From assembly GCF_964213995.1 (NCBI RefSeq), contig NW_027590198.1, positions 1 through 64,000 of the forward strand: a stretch of DNA of 64,000 nt, written 5' to 3'. The position numbers and the translations under genes were made by a program. The stretch comes from Mustelus asterias. Lineage: Eukaryota. The notes under the pieces are model-generated. The model was not told the origin of the DNA, made no database searches, and saw only the letters and a list, made by a program, of their open reading frames with translations. The stretch's first letter is position 1. The number at the start of each line of letters is the position of its first letter. Below, in pieces: positions 60,655-64,000 of this stretch.

Positions 60655-61381
60655 GAAATGTTTAATGATGGATTCCAGCAATTTCCCAACTACGGATGTT
60701 AAGCTAACCGGGCTGTAGTTACCCGCCTTTTGTCTACCTCCTTTTTTAAACAGTGGCATCACATTAGCTGTTTTCCAATCAGCCGGCACTTCCCCAGAGT
60801 CCAGTGAATTTTGATAAATTACAACCAACGCATCTGCTATTACTTCTGCCATTTCTATCCGGACCCTGGGATGCATTCCATCCGGGCCCGGGGACTTGTC
60901 TACCTTTAGTCCCATTAGCCAACCAAGCACTACCTCTTTAGTAATAGTAATCGTTTTAAGGACCTCACCCCCTATAGTCCCACAACCGTCAATTTTCGGT
61001 AAGCTATTTGTGTCCTCTACCGTGAAGACCGACACAAAAACTTGTTTAAGGCCTTGGCCATTTCCTCGTTTCCCATTATTAAATCCTCCTTCTCGTCTTC
61101 TAAGGGTCCAACATTTACTTTAGCTACTCTTTTCCTTTTTATACATTTGTAAAAACTTTTGCCATCAGTTTTTATATTTTGTGCTAGTTTAGTTTCATAA
61201 TCTATCTTTCCTTTCTTTCTCGCTTTCTTAGTAGTTCTTTGTTGTTTTTTAAAGCTTTCCCAACCTTCTAATCCCCCACTAGTTTTGGCCACTCTGTACG
61301 CATCGGTTTTTAATTTAATACTCTCCTTTATTTCCTTAGTTATCCACGGCTGGTTATCCCTTTTCTTACATTCCTTCTTTA
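60655..61381 (-). mobile_element. CR1 LINE fragment, continuing at 63541-64000
   Basis: Same subfamily as 10126-11218; ORF2 resumes beyond the nested element (MDLVLCNETGKINDLLVRDLGMSDHN). Confidence 0.85.
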
Positions 61382-63535
61382 ACATAGAAACATAGAAAAC
61401 TACAGCACAAAACAGGCCCTTCGGCCCCACAAGTTGTGCCGAACATATCCCTACCTTTTAGGCCTACCTATAACCCTCCATCCTATTAAGTCCCATGTAC
61501 TCATCCAAGAGTCTCTTAAAAGACCCTACTGACTTTGCCTCCACCACCACTGATGGCAGCCAATTCCATTCGCCCACCACCCTCCATGTGATAAACTTCC
61601 CCCTAACATCTCCCCTGCACCTACACCCCAGCACCTTAAACCTATGTCCTCTCGTAGCAGCCATTTCCATCCTGGGAAAAAGCCTCTGAGAGTCCACCCG
61701 ATCTATGCCTCTCAACATCTTATATACCTCTATTAGGTCTCCCCTCATCCTACGTTTCTCCAAGGAGAAAAGACCGAGCTCCCTCAGCCTATCCTCATAA
61801 GGCATGCCACTCAATCCAGGCAACATCCCTGTAAATCGCCTCTGCACCCTTTCAATCTTTTCCACATCCTTCCTGTAATGAGGCGACCAGAACTGAGCAC
61901 AGTACTCCAAGTGGGGTCTGACGAGGGTCTTCTATAGCTGCATCATTATCCCCGGACTCCTAAACTCAATCCCTCGATTGATAAAGGCCAGCACACCATA
62001 CGCCTTCTTAACCACCTCCTCCACCTGTGGGGCCGATTTTAGAGCCCTATGGACCCGGACCCCAAGGTCCTTCTGATCCTCTACAGTACTAAGAGTCTTT
62101 CCCTTTATATTGTACTCCTTCATCCCATTTGACCTGCCAAAATGGACCACTACGCATTTATCTGGGTTGAAGTCCATCTGCCACTTCTTCGCCCAGACTT
62201 GCATCCTATCTATGTCCCTCTGTAACTTCTGACATCCCTCCAGACTATCCACAACCCCACCAACCTTCGTGTCGTCGGCAAACTTACCAACCCATCCCTC
62301 CATTTCCTCATCCAGGTCATTTATGAAAATGACAAACAGCAATGGTCCCAGAACAGATCCCTGGGGCACACCACTGGTGACCGATCTCCATTTAGAAAAA
62401 GACCCATCAATACACACTTTCTGCCTCCTTTGGGCAAGCCAGTTCTGGATCCACAGGGCAGCAGCCCCTTGGATCCCATGCCCTCTCACTTTTTCGAGAA
62501 GCCTTGCATGGGGGACCTGATCGAACGCCTTGCTAAAATCCATATAAAGCACATCTACCGCTTTCCCTTCATCACTGTGTTTAGTCACATTTTCGAAGAA
62601 CTCCACCAGGCTTGTAAGGCACGATCTGCCTGTGACAAAGCCATGCTGAGTATTCTTGAGCATACTAAACCTCTCTAAATGCTCATAAATCTTGTCCCTC
62701 AGGATCTTCTCCATCAGCTTACCAACCACTGAGGTTAGACTCACCGGTCGGTAATTACCTGGGCTATCCCTATTCCCCTTCTTGAAAATAGGAACCACAT
62801 CCGCAATCCTCCAATCCTCCGGCACCTCTCCTGTCTCCATCGACGATGCAAAGATCATTGCCAGAGGCTCTGCAATCTCTTCCCTCGCCTCCCACAGTAA
62901 CCTGGGGTACATTCCATCCGGACCCGGCGACTTATCTATCTTGATGCCATTCAACGATTCCAACCTCTTTGTTAAAGTCCACATACTCAATCTTTTCAGT
63001 CCACCGCAAGCCCACAGTACATCCACCCATGTCCTTCTCCTCTGTGAAAACCGAGGCAAAATACTCATTAAGCACCTCTGCCATTTCTACTGGTTCCGTA
63101 CTGATTTTCCCGCCTTCACCTTTTATAGGCCCTATTCCTTCACGTCTCATCCTTTTACTCTTCACATATTTATAAAACGCCTTAGGGTTTTCCTTAATTC
63201 TACTTGCCAAGGCTTTCTCGTGACCCCTTCTGGCTCTCCAAATTTCCTTCTTTAGTCCCTTCCTACAAGCCCTATACTCTTCTAAATCCCTATCTTCGCC
63301 AAGCTCTCTAAGCCTTTTATACACTTCCTTTCTTCTCGACTAGGTCCCACATAGCTTTCGTGCACCACGGTTCCTTTAACCTACCAACTCCTCCCTGCCT
63401 GCTCGGAACATTGTCCTGTAGAACCCTAGACAGACATTCCTTGAAAAACTGCCACCTCTCTTCAGTAGATTTCCCCGAGAATCCCTCCTTCCAATTTACT
63501 CCTCTAATTTGCTGCCTTATGTCTTCATATTTCCC
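61382..63535 (-). mobile_element. 5'-truncated CR1 LINE nested in another CR1
   Basis: (ACATAGAA)n tail, RT ORFs 61464-61910, 61932-63068 and 62932-63324; candidate TSD CTTTA at 61377-61381 and 63536-63540. Confidence 0.9.
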
Positions 63536-63540
63536 CTTTA

Positions 63541-64000
63541 TCACAGGAATATATTTTTGCTGAGTACTGAGAAAAATCTCCTTAAAAATCCACCACTGTT
63601 GCTCAGCTGTCCTACCAACTAGTCTACATTAGCCAATTCTGCCCTCATCCTATTGTACTCCCCTGTGTTCAAGCAGAGGACACTGGTTTGGGACCCTATT
63701 TTCTCTCCCTCCATTTGTATTAGAAATTCAACCATATTGTGATCACTCATTCCAAGATCCCTCACAAGAAGATCATTAATTTTACCTGTCTCATTACACA
63801 GGACCAGATCCAAGATGGCTTGCTCCCTCGTAGGTTCTGTAACATACTGTTCGAGGAAACTATCCCGACAGCATTCTCAGAACTCTTTCTCAAGTCCACC
63901 GTGTCCGACTTGAGTCAACCAATCAATATGCAGGTTAAAATCCCCCATGATTATTGCTGTTCCGTTTTTGCACGCACCCATTATTTGCTTGTTTATAGCC
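63541..64000 (-). mobile_element. CR1 LINE endonuclease region (host of the nested insertion)
   Basis: IMGDFNLHIDW, LDLVLCNE and SDHN motifs. Confidence 0.85.

Overview
Eukaryotic genomic DNA, almost certainly from a cartilaginous fish (shark), judged from the HE1/V-SINE-type SINEs, CR1 LINEs, Penelope-like termini and a shark-type TCR V segment. The window is a cluster of eight tandem C2H2 zinc-finger (ZNF) genes with no KRAB domain visible. It is densely filled with CR1, Rex1/Babar and L2 LINEs, two SINE families, Penelope-like fragments carrying minimal hammerhead ribozymes, and a solo LTR. Embedded in the cluster is one apparently intact T-cell receptor V alpha/delta-type gene segment (promoter, leader exon, 85-bp intron, V exon, 23-bp-spacer RSS; minus strand, 11419-11895). 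About 2 kb upstream is a second, orphan 23-RSS (13885-13923) that keeps only 8 nt of V coding end and abuts the exact breakpoint of a ~3-kb ZNF gene duplication. This suggests a TCR V array interdigitated with, and being overwritten by, an expanding ZNF family. Other notable items: a 13-copy CRE minisatellite beside a ZNF promoter, a G-quadruplex-prone repeat, finger-number variation between recent ZNF paralogs, and a CR1 with an uninterrupted 968-aa ORF2. Repeat boundaries are by eye and approximate unless a TSD is quoted.
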